In this document: positions 52,208 through 61,679 of the stretch, one piece after another | Numbering within the stretch: position 1 is the first letter of the stretch | Layout: each line of letters starts with the position of its first letter | Source of the DNA: an uncultured Thermoleophilia bacterium | GTDB taxonomy: Bacteria > Actinomycetota > Thermoleophilia > UBA2241 | Length of the DNA: 64,000 nucleotides | NCBI GenBank assembly: GCA_963715985.1 | Contig: CAVQSP010000020.1 | Span: 128,001 to 192,000, forward strand | Reading direction: 5' to 3' | Translations under genes and position numbers: made by a program | The notes under the pieces: generated by a model | The model's database searches: none | What the model was told of the DNA's origin: nothing | The model's input: only the letters and a program-made list of their open reading frames with translations

Positions 52208-52460
52208 ACGCGAGGCAGGAGTATAGGAGACTCGCGGTGCAACTTCAACGCGGGGGCGGCGAGGGCTCAAGCATGACGATGGGCGGGCCTCGTGATGCCG
52301 TGACCCGCCCACCGGCGGCGCCCCCTTCAGTGCCTCATGATCGTCGAGGCGGCGGTCTGCACAGACCATGGCGCCGACTGAAGACTTCGACGAGAGTATA
52401 GTGCCGCCTTCGTCGGGGAACAACAGTCCGTGCGTTTTACTGCGGAACGACGAGGTCGCC

Positions 52461-53399
52461 GTGAGCGCGAAGATCCTGGTCGGCAGCTGTTCGTGGACGG
52501 ATCCCACGCTCGTCGCGTGCGGGCGCTTCTACCCGACCGGCGTGACCAGCGCGGAGGCGCGGCTCCGCTACTACGCGGAGCAGTTCCCCATCGTCGAGGT
52601 GGACTCCACCTACTATGCGCCGCCCTCGGAGCGGAACAGCGAACTGTGGGCGGCGCGCACCCCCGACGGCTTCGTCTTCAACGTGAAGGCCTTCGCTCTC
52701 CTGACCGGGCATCCGGCACGCGTAGAGCGTCTGCCCGGCTGGCTGCACGACGCGCTTCCCGAAGCGGCGCGGGCCAAGAAGAACGCCTACGGCAAAGACC
52801 TGGACGCCGCCACGATGGAACGCTTGTGGGACCTTCACCGGCGGGCGCTGGCCCCGCTCGCAGAAGCGGGCAAGCTGGGCGCCGTGCTCTTCCAGTTCCC
52901 GCCGTGGTTCACGCGCTCAGCGGCCAACCGGGAGTACTTGACCACGATCCCGGAGCGCCTGCCGGGCTGGACGGCGGCGGTGGAGTTCCGCGGCGGCGGC
53001 TGGATGGATCCCGACGCCGCCGCCGACACCCTGGCCCTGCTGGAGCGCACCGGCCTCGCCTACGTGAGCGTGGACGAGCCCCAGATGGGGCGCACCAGCA
53101 CGCCGCCGGTGGTGGCCGCCACGGCGCCGCTGGCCATCGTGCGCCTGCACGGCCGCAACGCCGACACCTGGAACGTGAAGACCGGTGCGGCGTCGGACCG
53201 CTTCAAGTACCTCTACAGCGACGCCGAGCTCCTAGAGTGGGTGCCGCAGGTGGACGAGCTCGCGCGCCAGACCCAGGCCGTACACGTGCTCTTCAACAAC
53301 AACTACGAGGACTGGGGCATGCGCAACGCCCGCCGCATGGGCCAGCTGCTGGGCGTGGACGCCGGACCCGCCCAGGCCGCACTCGACCTGGGCGGGTGA
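52461..53399 (+). CDS. DUF72 (YecE-like) protein
   Basis: GSCSW, VEVDSTYY, FNVKA, LFQFPP, VEFR, RLHGRN and FNNN. Confidence 0.94.
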   Translation: MSAKILVGSCSWTDPTLVACGRFYPTGVTSAEARLRYYAEQFPIVEVDSTYYAPPSERNSELWAARTPDGFVFNVKAFALLTGHPARVERLPGWLHDALPEAARAKKNAYGKDLDAATMERLWDLHRRALAPLAEAGKLGAVLFQFPPWFTRSAANREYLTTIPERLPGWTAAVEFRGGGWMDPDAAADTLALLERTGLAYVSVDEPQMGRTSTPPVVAATAPLAIVRLHGRNADTWNVKTGAASDRFKYLYSDAELLEWVPQVDELARQTQAVHVLFNNNYEDWGMRNARRMGQLLGVDAGPAQAALDLGG

Positions 53400-53466
53400 C
53401 GCCCGTCGCGGGCCGGCACCGGCGGCGAGGGGCCGGACCCGCGGCCCAAGGGCACAGGCGTCGCCT

Positions 53467-54657
53467 TCACCCCTCCGGCGCCGCGAGCACCTCGCGCATC
53501 TGCGCGTCCACGGTGGCGCCCCAGCGCGCGAACTCCTCGAAGAAGCGCGCGCAGGGCACGATCTGCTCGGGCACGAAGACGCCCGGTCCGGCGATCTCTC
53601 CGGAGGCCATCATCTTGGCGACGATGGCCGGCGGGATGCCGGTGTCCACGTCGCCGCCACCGGCGCCGTGGCCCTTGTGCGCCGGCACCGTGGCGCGCAC
53701 GCGCCACTCCAGCCGGCGCCCGTCCTTGCGGCCGCGCACGACGCCGAGAAGGTAGTCGACGTCGTCGAGCACGACGCCCTCCGGCTTCGCGATCTCGCTG
53801 ACCACCTTGAGCAGCACGTCGCGCGGCCGCACCGCCAGGCCGCGCACCTCGACCTCGTCGGTGCGCGTCATCCCGATGCGCTCGAGGAAGCGCATCTGCG
53901 CCGTGAACTCGGCCGGCAGCGCGAGCCTGAAGGTGGCGCTGCGCAGGCCCTTGTCCTGCCAGGCGTGCCAGAAGGTGAAGGGCTCCGAGTGGATGGTGTA
54001 GTGCGCCGCCAGCGTCCCCGCCGGCTCGCCGAAGTCGACGTCCTCCGCGCCCTGCCCGCCGCGGATGTCCATGACCCAGGCGCCCTCGATGAACTCGGGG
54101 GCGACGACGCTGAACTCGTCGCAGAGGGTCTCCAGGGAGTACGGCACCAGCCAGCCCTCGTAGCTGCTCCAGTCGGTGGCGTCGACGTTGCCGCAGAGGG
54201 CGTGCGCCTCCTCCACGCTGTCGAGCTGCTCGGCCCCGTACTTGGCGAGGATGTTGGTGACGCCGGGGGCGCCGCCCATGGCGATGACGGCGGTGACGCC
54301 GGCGGCGCGGAACTCCCCGTCCAGCTCGACCTGCTGTCTCGTGACGTGGAAGAGGCCGCCCATGTCCGTGTAGTGCACGCCGGCCGCGGCGGCGGCGTGC
54401 ATCACCTCGATGTTCCAGAAGTGCTGGGTGGCGTTGACCATGGCGTCGCAGCCGGCGATCGCCGCCATCACGCGCTCGCGGTCGCGGGCATCCACGACCA
54501 CGCCGCGGGCCTTGCCGCCGCCGTGGCTGGCCGCCACGGCTACGGCCTGCGCCTCGTCGCAGTCCCCGACGACGATCTCCTCCACCTGGGGGCTGATGCC
54601 CAGCTCCTTCACGGCCCAGCGGCCCATGGCCCCGGCGCCGACGACGGCGATCTTCAT
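53467..54657 (-). CDS. Saccharopine dehydrogenase-family NAD(P)-dependent oxidoreductase
   Basis: VVGAGAMG, HYTDMGG, MGGAPGVTN, HSEP and GVFVPEQ. Confidence 0.88.
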   Translation of the reverse strand: MKIAVVGAGAMGRWAVKELGISPQVEEIVVGDCDEAQAVAVAASHGGGKARGVVVDARDRERVMAAIAGCDAMVNATQHFWNIEVMHAAAAAGVHYTDMGGLFHVTRQQVELDGEFRAAGVTAVIAMGGAPGVTNILAKYGAEQLDSVEEAHALCGNVDATDWSSYEGWLVPYSLETLCDEFSVVAPEFIEGAWVMDIRGGQGAEDVDFGEPAGTLAAHYTIHSEPFTFWHAWQDKGLRSATFRLALPAEFTAQMRFLERIGMTRTDEVEVRGLAVRPRDVLLKVVSEIAKPEGVVLDDVDYLLGVVRGRKDGRRLEWRVRATVPAHKGHGAGGGDVDTGIPPAIVAKMMASGEIAGPGVFVPEQIVPCARFFEEFARWGATVDAQMREVLAAPEG

Positions 54658-54784
54658 GACGATCCCCTCCGCTCGCTCTCGCGTTGGTGTCCCGGTTGCG
54701 AGACTACGGAAGCCACCCCCTGAAGTACATGCCCGAATCGGCTATCATGGCGAGGCTGGATTCCTCTTCCTCCACGGTTGGACG

Positions 54785-56155
54785 GTGACGCGGGTCGTGT
54801 ACGGCCTCGATGAGCAGGAGTGGCGCGCGCTCGAGCGCGAGGTCGTCGACCTGTTCACCGCCCTCCTCCGCGTCGACACCACCAACCCGCCCGGCAACGA
54901 GACGGCCTGCGCCCTGGTGCTGCAGGAGTACCTTGCCGCCAACGGCTTCGTCTGTACGCTGCTCGGCCAGCTGCCGGAGCGGCAGAACCTCGTGACCCGC
55001 CTGGACGGCGCCCGCCCGGGCCCCACGTTGACCCTTATGGGCCACCTGGACGTGGTACCCGCCGATGCCGCCGAGTGGACGGTGCCGCCCTTCGCAGGAG
55101 TCGTCAAGGACGGCTACGTGTGGGGCTGCGGCGCCACCGACATGAAGAACCAGGTGGCCGCGGCGGCCGTCGCCCTGGCGCGGCTGAAGCGCTCGGGCAC
55201 CGACCTCGCAGGCACCATCAAGTTCGCGGCCACCGCCGACGAGGAGGACGGCACCCTCTGCGGCGTGCGCTGGCTGTGCCGCGAGCACCCCGACCTCATC
55301 GGCTGCGACTACCTCGTCAACGAGGGCATGGGCGGCCTGTGGATGCCGGTGGACGGCCACAAGGTGTTCCTGCTGGCCGTGGGCGAGAAGGCGTTCGCCC
55401 AGTTCCGCATCCGCACGCGAGGGCGCGGCGGCCACGCGTCGCTGCCGGAGAAGGAGCGCAGTGCCGTCATCGACCTGGCGCGCGCAGTCACCGCGCTCGG
55501 CCTGGCCGATCCCCCGGCCATCGTCTCGCCGATGACGGCCACGTTCATCGACGCCCTGGTCACGGACGGCGAGCTGGGCGCGCGCCTCAAGGATCCCTCC
55601 GGGGCGCGCGCGGCCGGCGCGGAGCTGCGGCGCCGGGACCCCGAGGTCGCGGGCCTCATCGAGCCGCTGCTGGGCGCCACCTTCACGCCCACGATGCTCA
55701 CCGCCGGCTCGGTGGTCAACGTGATCCCCACGCACGCCGAGGCCACCATCGACTGCCGCATCCTGCCCGAGATGACCCTCGACGGTACCCGGGACATCGT
55801 CGCGGGTGTGCTCGACCCTCTCGGCATCGACTGGGAGCTCGAGTGGATCGACGTCACCGAGCCCAACTCGTCGCCGGTGCCCACCCGGCTCAGCGAGAGC
55901 ATCGAGCGCGTGCTCACGCACGACGTCCCCGGCGCCGTGCTCGCGCCGATGTGCTCGGGCAGCTTCACCGACTCGCGCTGGGTGCGCGAGTACTTCCCCG
56001 AGTGCGTGGCATACGGGTTCGCGCCCTTCGTGGCGGAGAGCTTTCACGCCATGAACGGCGGCCGCGACCACGAGCCGGACGAGCGCATCCTCGTGGAGGA
56101 CGTGACCTACCAGGCGCTGTTCTTCGAGCGCCTCGCACGGGACCTGCTGGCCTGA
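54785..56155 (+). CDS. M20/M25/M40 metallo-hydrolase
   Basis: DTTNPPGNE, GHLDVVPA, GATDMK, ADEE, GGHASLP, FTDSR and HEPDERI. Confidence 0.93.
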   Translation: MTRVVYGLDEQEWRALEREVVDLFTALLRVDTTNPPGNETACALVLQEYLAANGFVCTLLGQLPERQNLVTRLDGARPGPTLTLMGHLDVVPADAAEWTVPPFAGVVKDGYVWGCGATDMKNQVAAAAVALARLKRSGTDLAGTIKFAATADEEDGTLCGVRWLCREHPDLIGCDYLVNEGMGGLWMPVDGHKVFLLAVGEKAFAQFRIRTRGRGGHASLPEKERSAVIDLARAVTALGLADPPAIVSPMTATFIDALVTDGELGARLKDPSGARAAGAELRRRDPEVAGLIEPLLGATFTPTMLTAGSVVNVIPTHAEATIDCRILPEMTLDGTRDIVAGVLDPLGIDWELEWIDVTEPNSSPVPTRLSESIERVLTHDVPGAVLAPMCSGSFTDSRWVREYFPECVAYGFAPFVAESFHAMNGGRDHEPDERILVEDVTYQALFFERLARDLLA

Positions 56156-57087
56156 TGCCCGAGGTCCCCCACACCCCGTCCACGCGCGAACGCTTCCACG
56201 GCGCGCTGCTCGGCCTCGCCACCGGCGAGGCCCTGGGCGCGCCGGCCGAGTTCCTTACGCCCGCGCAGATCCTGGACACCTACGGGGTGCTCACGGAGAT
56301 GGTCGGCGGCGGCGTGTACGACCTGCCGCCGGGTGAGAGCGTGGACGCCACCGAGATGATGCTCTGCCTCGCCGAGAGCCTCGCCGACAGCGGCGAGTTC
56401 GAGGCCGAGGATGTCATCGAGCGGTACCGCCGGTGGTTCGAGAGCCAGCCGCGCCACGTGAGCCTCACGGTGAGGGCGGCGCTGATCAGTTACCGCGCAG
56501 GCACCCACTGGGACCTCGCCTCCCGCCGCGCCTTCGAGATCCTCGGCGGACCGCGGGCCGGCAACGGCAGCCTCATCCGCTGCGCCCCGGTCGGCCTCGC
56601 CTACTGCGGCGACGCGGTGACGCGACACGCCATCTCCTTGCGCGAGTCCATGCTCACGCACTTCGACCGCCTCGCCGGCTGGTCGTGCGCCGCGTTCAAC
56701 GACCTGATCAGCGCGGCCATACACGACGACCTCGCCGACCAGGTGCCCGACATCGCGGCGACCATCGACGACGAGGACCTCCGCGTCAGCAGGATGCTGC
56801 GCGATACCCTCGCCCTGGAGCCCGAGGAGGTCCGCAGCTCGTCCTTCGTGCTTGACACCCTGCAGACCGCCCTGTGGACGGTACTCCGCTCCACGGACTT
56901 CGAGCACGCGGTCACGGTGGCCGTGAACATGGGTCACGACTCCTGCGCCGCAGGCGCCGTGACCGGTGCGCTGGCAGGGGCGGTGTACGGTGAGGGCGGC
57001 ATCCCGTCGCGCTGGCTGGAGGCCCTTCATGGCCGCGAGCGCATCGCCACCGTCGCCGACAGGCTCGCCGACCTCGCCGCCTGCTAG
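56155..57087 (+). CDS. ADP-ribosylglycohydrolase-family protein with degenerate metal-binding motifs
   Basis: GALLGLATGEALGAPAEF, AGNGSLIRCAP, SMLTH and GALAGAVYG..GIP.RW. Coupled to the M20 gene by TGATG. Confidence 0.88.
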   Translation: MPEVPHTPSTRERFHGALLGLATGEALGAPAEFLTPAQILDTYGVLTEMVGGGVYDLPPGESVDATEMMLCLAESLADSGEFEAEDVIERYRRWFESQPRHVSLTVRAALISYRAGTHWDLASRRAFEILGGPRAGNGSLIRCAPVGLAYCGDAVTRHAISLRESMLTHFDRLAGWSCAAFNDLISAAIHDDLADQVPDIAATIDDEDLRVSRMLRDTLALEPEEVRSSSFVLDTLQTALWTVLRSTDFEHAVTVAVNMGHDSCAAGAVTGALAGAVYGEGGIPSRWLEALHGRERIATVADRLADLAAC

Positions 57088-57119
57088 ACCCGAGGCACGG
57101 AGGCCGGACTCGGAGCGGG

Positions 57120-57148
57120 TTGCATTCACTCCATTCACTATGTAGTTT
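57120..57148 (+). promoter_or_regulatory. Promoter with a direct-repeat operator for the regulator-RND operon
   Basis: TTGCAT-N17-TAGTTT containing CATTCACT twice (57123-57130 and 57132-57139). Confidence 0.6.
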
Positions 57149-57186
57149 ACGTTCGCTCTACACGCCCCCTGGAACGGAGATCCGAG

Positions 57187-57714
57187 TTGTCCGCGAGCAT
57201 GAGCCCTGCGCAGCGCGAGCTCATCGAGGAGTTCGGCCTGCTGTACGAGCAGATGGGCAGCACGCGCATGTGCGGCCGGGTCGCGGCGTGGCTGATGCTC
57301 TGCGACTCCCCCGTCCAGTCGCTCACCGAGATCGCCGACGGGTTGGGCGTGAGCAAGGCGGCGGTGAGCGCCTCCGCACGTCTGCTCCTCCAGAGCCACG
57401 TCGTTGAGCGCGTGGGCGAGCCCGGGCAGCGCGGCGACTTCTACCGCATGCTGCCCGTGGACGCCGACGGCATCGTGCCGCTGGACCACGTGCGCACGCT
57501 GAACAGCCTGCTGCGCCGCGCCATCGCCAGCGTCGCGGACCGCGACCCGACGCATCCGAACTACGCGATGATGAGAGAGCTCCTCGAGCTCACCGCGTTC
57601 ATCGAGACCGAACTGCCGGAGATGCTGGCGCGCTGGCGCGAGCGCCGCGCCGGCGCCGTGCCGGCCTCGCCCGACCCTTCCCCTGGACCCGCCGATCGTG
57701 GAGGCACCCTTTGA
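57187..57714 (+). CDS. GbsR/MarR-family transcriptional regulator
   Basis: GSTRMCGRVAAWLM, SLTEIADGLGVSKAAVS and PGQRGDFY. Confidence 0.88.
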   Translation: MSASMSPAQRELIEEFGLLYEQMGSTRMCGRVAAWLMLCDSPVQSLTEIADGLGVSKAAVSASARLLLQSHVVERVGEPGQRGDFYRMLPVDADGIVPLDHVRTLNSLLRRAIASVADRDPTHPNYAMMRELLELTAFIETELPEMLARWRERRAGAVPASPDPSPGPADRGGTL

Positions 57715-60700
57715 GCTGGCTGACCAAGATCTCACTCCGCAACCGCTCGATCGTCGGCCTCGGCGTGGTGGCGGTCATCATCTTCGGCGTTATCGCCATC
57801 ACCTCGCTCAAGCAAGAGCTGATCCCCGACCTCACGTTCCCCTACGTGACGGTCGTCACGGTGGCTCCGGGCTCGTCCGCCGGCGACGTGGAACGGACGG
57901 TGACCACACCGCTTGAGCAGGCCATCAAGACCACCAGCGGCATCAAGCGGTACGACTCCTTCTCCAACGATTCCATGAGCGTCATCACCGTGGAGTACGA
58001 GTTCGGTACCGACGTGAAGACCAAGGAGAACGAGCTGCAGCAGGCCATCTCCGGGGTGCAGCAGGCGCTGCCGCCCACCGTCCAGCCTCCGCAAGTAGCG
58101 GCCCTCAACTTCAACTCGATGCCGGTGGTCCAGCTGGCGGTGTCGTCGTCACTGCCGCCGGAGGAGCTCGCCACCCTGCTCGGCACGCGCGTGGTGCCGC
58201 AGCTCCAGGGCATCCAGGGCGTGCAGGCCGTGACCCTCTCGGGCGTCCAGCAGATGCAGCTGCAGGTGCGGCTGAAGACCGACGCGGCGCTCAAGCTGGG
58301 CGCCTCGCCGACGGACATCGCCGCCACCCTCCAGCAGGCCAACCTGAACGCCGGCGCCGGCAGCGTGACGTCCGGCAGCCTCGTCTATCCGATCACCGTG
58401 TCGGCCAAGGCGCAGACCGTGGCTGCGATCAAGCGGCTCGTGATCACGCCGTCGAGCACGTCGATGAGCCTCACCGGCGCCGCGGCGTCCGGGAGCGCGG
58501 CCGCCGCAGCCGCGGCAGCGGGGTCGGCCGGCGGCGCCGGCGCGCCCGCCGCCGCGACCAAGCCCGTCACCATCGGCGACGTGGCCGACGTGAGCATCGC
58601 CCCCGCGCCGCTCACGGCGATCACGCGGACTGACGGCAGGGCCTCCGTCGGCATCTCCGTGAGCAAGGCCTCGAGCGGCAACACCGTCGACATCGCCGCG
58701 GAGATCGACCAGATGATGCCGCAACTCACCCGCGAGCTCAAAGGCAAGGCGATCATCACGACGGTGGTCGACCAGTCCATCTACATCAAGGAGAGCATCA
58801 CCTCGCTGTGGCGCGAGGGCCTCATCGGCGCGCTGTTCGCCGTCTTCATCATCTGGGTCTTCCTGCGCAGCTGGCGCTCCACCGTCATCGCCAGCCTCTC
58901 CATCCCCCTCAGCGTCATCGGTGCCTTGATCATCCTGTACTCCCGTGGCGAGTCGCTGAACATGATGACGCTGGGAGGGCTCACGATCGCCATCGGACGG
59001 GTGATCGACGACTCGATCGTCGTCATCGAGAACACCTATCGCCACCTGCAGGAGGGCGACGACGTACGCACCGCCGCCTTCACCGGCACCCGCGAGGTGG
59101 CCGGGGCCATCACGGCCAGCACGCTGACGACCGTGGCCGTCTTTCTGCCGCTGGGCTTCGTGCACGGCCTCGCCTCCGAGTTCTTCCGCCCCTTCGCCCT
59201 CACGGTGACCTTCGCGCTGTTCTGCAGCCTCGCCGTGGCGCTCATCGTGGTGCCGGTGGCCTCCACCTGGCTGCTCACGAAGAAGCAGGTCGGGCATCGC
59301 CACGCCGAAGAGACCACGCGCCTGCAGCGCGCGTACCTCCCCGCCCTCGAGCTCGCCCTCGGCCACAAGGTGATCACGCTCGTCCTCGCGGCCGCGATCC
59401 TCGTGGGCACCATGGCCCTGGCGCCGCTGCTGAAGACGAACCTGTTCGACAGCTCGGCCCAGAACACCATGAGCATCACCCAGCAGATGCAGCCCGGCAC
59501 CAGCCTGGACGCCACGATGGCGGCGGCGAAGAAGATCGAGGACGTCCTCGCGAACACCGAGGGCATCGACATCTACCAGGTGACGGGCGGCAGCACGGGA
59601 AGCCTCTTCGGCGCCGGCGGCGGCACCAGCGCCTCCTCGAGCCAGGCCGCCTTCACCATCACCACGGACCCGGACATGGACAAGAACACCATCGTCGAGG
59701 TGGTCCGCGCCAAGGTGGCCACGCTGCAGAACGTGGGCACCGTCACGGTGACCGGCGAAGACTCCTCCGCGGGCATGTCCGGGATGAGCATGATGGAGGT
59801 GCGCGTCACCGCCAGCGACCCCGTCGTGCTCAAGGCAGCCAGCGACGAGGTCCTGAAGCACGTGCAGACCGTGGAGGGGCTCGCCAACGTGAGCTCGAAC
59901 CTCAGCGAGGGACGCCCCTCTGTCACCGTGGTGGTGGATCAGGCCAAGGCGGCGGCCGCAGGCGTCTCGCCGTCAACGCTCAGCATGTACTCCACGCTGA
60001 TCTTCAACGGCTACCCGATCGGCGTGGTCCCGACGACGTCGGGTACTCTCCCCGCCCAGCTGCTCGTGCAGAGCTTCACGGTGCCGCCCATCCCCGGCGC
60101 CGTGAGCGCCCTGATGACGAAGCTGCCCGTACCGGGCAGCAACGGCATGGTGCCGCTCGGCGACATCGCCACGGTCGCCGAGGTGAAGGCGCCGGTGCAG
60201 GTGACGCACGCCGACGGCGAGCGCACCGCCAGCATCACGGCCACTGCCGTGGACAACAACATCGGCGCGGCCTCCACGCGGGTGGAGACTGCGATGGCCG
60301 ACGTCAAACTGCCGGCCGGAGCCTCCTGGGAGCTCGCCGGCGCCACCCAGGTGACCAACGACGTGTTCCGCACCCTCGGCATCGCCATGCTGATCGCCAT
60401 CCTGCTCGTCTACATCATCATGGTGGCGACCTTCCGCAGCCTGCTGAACCCGCTCATCCTGCTCGTGAGCATCCCCTTCGCGGCGGTGGGCGCCGTCATC
60501 GCGCTGGTCGTCACCGGGACGGCGCTGGGCATGCCCAGCCTCGTCGGCCTGCTCATGCTGATCGGCATCGTGGTGACCAACGCAATCGTGCTGCTCGACC
60601 TGGTGGAGCAGTTCCGGCGCCGCGGCATGGACGCGCGCACGGCCGTCGTGGAGGGTGCGCGCCGCAGGCTGCGCCCCATCCTCATGACGGCCGTGGCCAC

Positions 60701-60923
60701 CATCCTCGCCCTGACGCCGATGGCCCTGGGCCTCGGCAAGGGCGGCTTCCTCTCCACACCGCTGGCCGTGGTCGTCATCGGCGGCCTCTTCACCTCGACG
60801 TTCCTGACGCTGGTCCTGGTCCCGGTGCTCTACCTGACCATCGACCGGCTGCGCCCCGCGTGGGCCAAGGACGTCGCCGTGGCCGAGGCGCCGCCGTTCG
60901 AGCCCGAGACGGCGCCGAACTGA
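57711..60923 (+). CDS. RND efflux permease (SwrC-like); no adjacent MFP or outer-membrane channel gene
   Basis: IAIGRVIDDSIVVIEN, STLTTVAVFLP, IGIVVTNAIVL, RLRPILMT and VIGGL. Confidence 0.94.
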   Translation: MSWLTKISLRNRSIVGLGVVAVIIFGVIAITSLKQELIPDLTFPYVTVVTVAPGSSAGDVERTVTTPLEQAIKTTSGIKRYDSFSNDSMSVITVEYEFGTDVKTKENELQQAISGVQQALPPTVQPPQVAALNFNSMPVVQLAVSSSLPPEELATLLGTRVVPQLQGIQGVQAVTLSGVQQMQLQVRLKTDAALKLGASPTDIAATLQQANLNAGAGSVTSGSLVYPITVSAKAQTVAAIKRLVITPSSTSMSLTGAAASGSAAAAAAAAGSAGGAGAPAAATKPVTIGDVADVSIAPAPLTAITRTDGRASVGISVSKASSGNTVDIAAEIDQMMPQLTRELKGKAIITTVVDQSIYIKESITSLWREGLIGALFAVFIIWVFLRSWRSTVIASLSIPLSVIGALIILYSRGESLNMMTLGGLTIAIGRVIDDSIVVIENTYRHLQEGDDVRTAAFTGTREVAGAITASTLTTVAVFLPLGFVHGLASEFFRPFALTVTFALFCSLAVALIVVPVASTWLLTKKQVGHRHAEETTRLQRAYLPALELALGHKVITLVLAAAILVGTMALAPLLKTNLFDSSAQNTMSITQQMQPGTSLDATMAAAKKIEDVLANTEGIDIYQVTGGSTGSLFGAGGGTSASSSQAAFTITTDPDMDKNTIVEVVRAKVATLQNVGTVTVTGEDSSAGMSGMSMMEVRVTASDPVVLKAASDEVLKHVQTVEGLANVSSNLSEGRPSVTVVVDQAKAAAAGVSPSTLSMYSTLIFNGYPIGVVPTTSGTLPAQLLVQSFTVPPIPGAVSALMTKLPVPGSNGMVPLGDIATVAEVKAPVQVTHADGERTASITATAVDNNIGAASTRVETAMADVKLPAGASWELAGATQVTNDVFRTLGIAMLIAILLVYIIMVATFRSLLNPLILLVSIPFAAVGAVIALVVTGTALGMPSLVGLLMLIGIVVTNAIVLLDLVEQFRRRGMDARTAVVEGARRRLRPILMTAVATILALTPMALGLGKGGFLSTPLAVVVIGGLFTSTFLTLVLVPVLYLTIDRLRPAWAKDVAVAEAPPFEPETAPN

Positions 60924-60930
60924 GAGACGT

Positions 60931-60977
60931 GCCGGTCGGCGGGGCGGGCGCCATGGGCGCCCGCCCCGCCGACCGGC
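60931..60977. terminator. Long hairpin after the RND gene
   Basis: GCCGGTCGGCGGGGCGGGCGCC-atg-GGCGCCCGCCCCGCCGACCGGC, a 22-bp inverted repeat. Confidence 0.65.
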
Positions 60978-61087
60978 CGCTGAAAGACAACCCTGGCGGT
61001 GCACCCGGCACCGGTCGGGGGTACGCTTGTGCGCGACGCCGGCGCCGTCCGCCGGCACCCGATGACCAGCAGCTGAAAGGAGTCGCC

Positions 61088-61588
61088 GTGGCGAAACCAT
61101 CCGCCAAGAAGCCCGCCGCCAGGAGCGCCCGCGCCAAAGGAGGCGCCGGCACCGCCCCCGCCCCGCGGTCGCTGACCAAGGCCGAGCTCGTCGACGAGCT
61201 CAACCGCGACCTCGCCAAGGAGTACGCGGCGCTGATCCAGTACGTGCAGCACGCCGCGGTGATCACCGGGCCCCAGTACGACGCCATCTCCGCGGAGCTG
61301 CTCGTGCACGCCACCGAGGAGCACACGCACGCCGTCTCCCTCTCCAACCAGATCGACTGGCTGGGCGGGGTGCCGGCCGTTGACGTCGGCGACATCCACA
61401 TCTCCCCGGACTCCAAGACGATGCTGGAGCTCGACCTCGACGGCGAGCTGGACGCCATCTCCCGCTACAGGGAGCGCGTGAGCCAGGCCGAGCTGCTGCA
61501 GGAGTACGGCCTGCGCCGTGCCCTGGAGGACATCCTCATCGTGGAAGAGGAGCACGCCCGCGACCTGCAGAACGCGCTGGACATGTAG
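61088..61588 (+). CDS. Ferritin-like (bacterioferritin/DpsL-like) di-iron protein with a basic N-terminal tail
   Basis: SD AAAGGAG then GTG. LNRDLAKEYAALIQY, EEHTH, IDWLGGVP, ELDAISRY and EEEH. Confidence 0.88.
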   Translation: MAKPSAKKPAARSARAKGGAGTAPAPRSLTKAELVDELNRDLAKEYAALIQYVQHAAVITGPQYDAISAELLVHATEEHTHAVSLSNQIDWLGGVPAVDVGDIHISPDSKTMLELDLDGELDAISRYRERVSQAELLQEYGLRRALEDILIVEEEHARDLQNALDM

Positions 61589-61602
61589 CACTTCGTGTGC
61601 TG

Positions 61603-61650
61603 GCGGCGAGGGGCGGGAGCGCGTCACAGCTCCCGCCCCTCGCCGCTTTC
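61603..61650. terminator. Terminator between the convergent ferritin-like and MFS genes
   Basis: GCGGCGAGGGGCGGGAGC...GCTCCCGCCCCTCGCCGC followed by TTT. Confidence 0.7.
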
Positions 61651-61679
61651 GCGTACGACGCCCGGCGTGCAGCTGAGAC

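Noticed and set aside
51218-52460. tRNA-Leu as an integration site
   Set aside because: I saw no integrase, no duplicated tRNA 3' end and no compositional shift.
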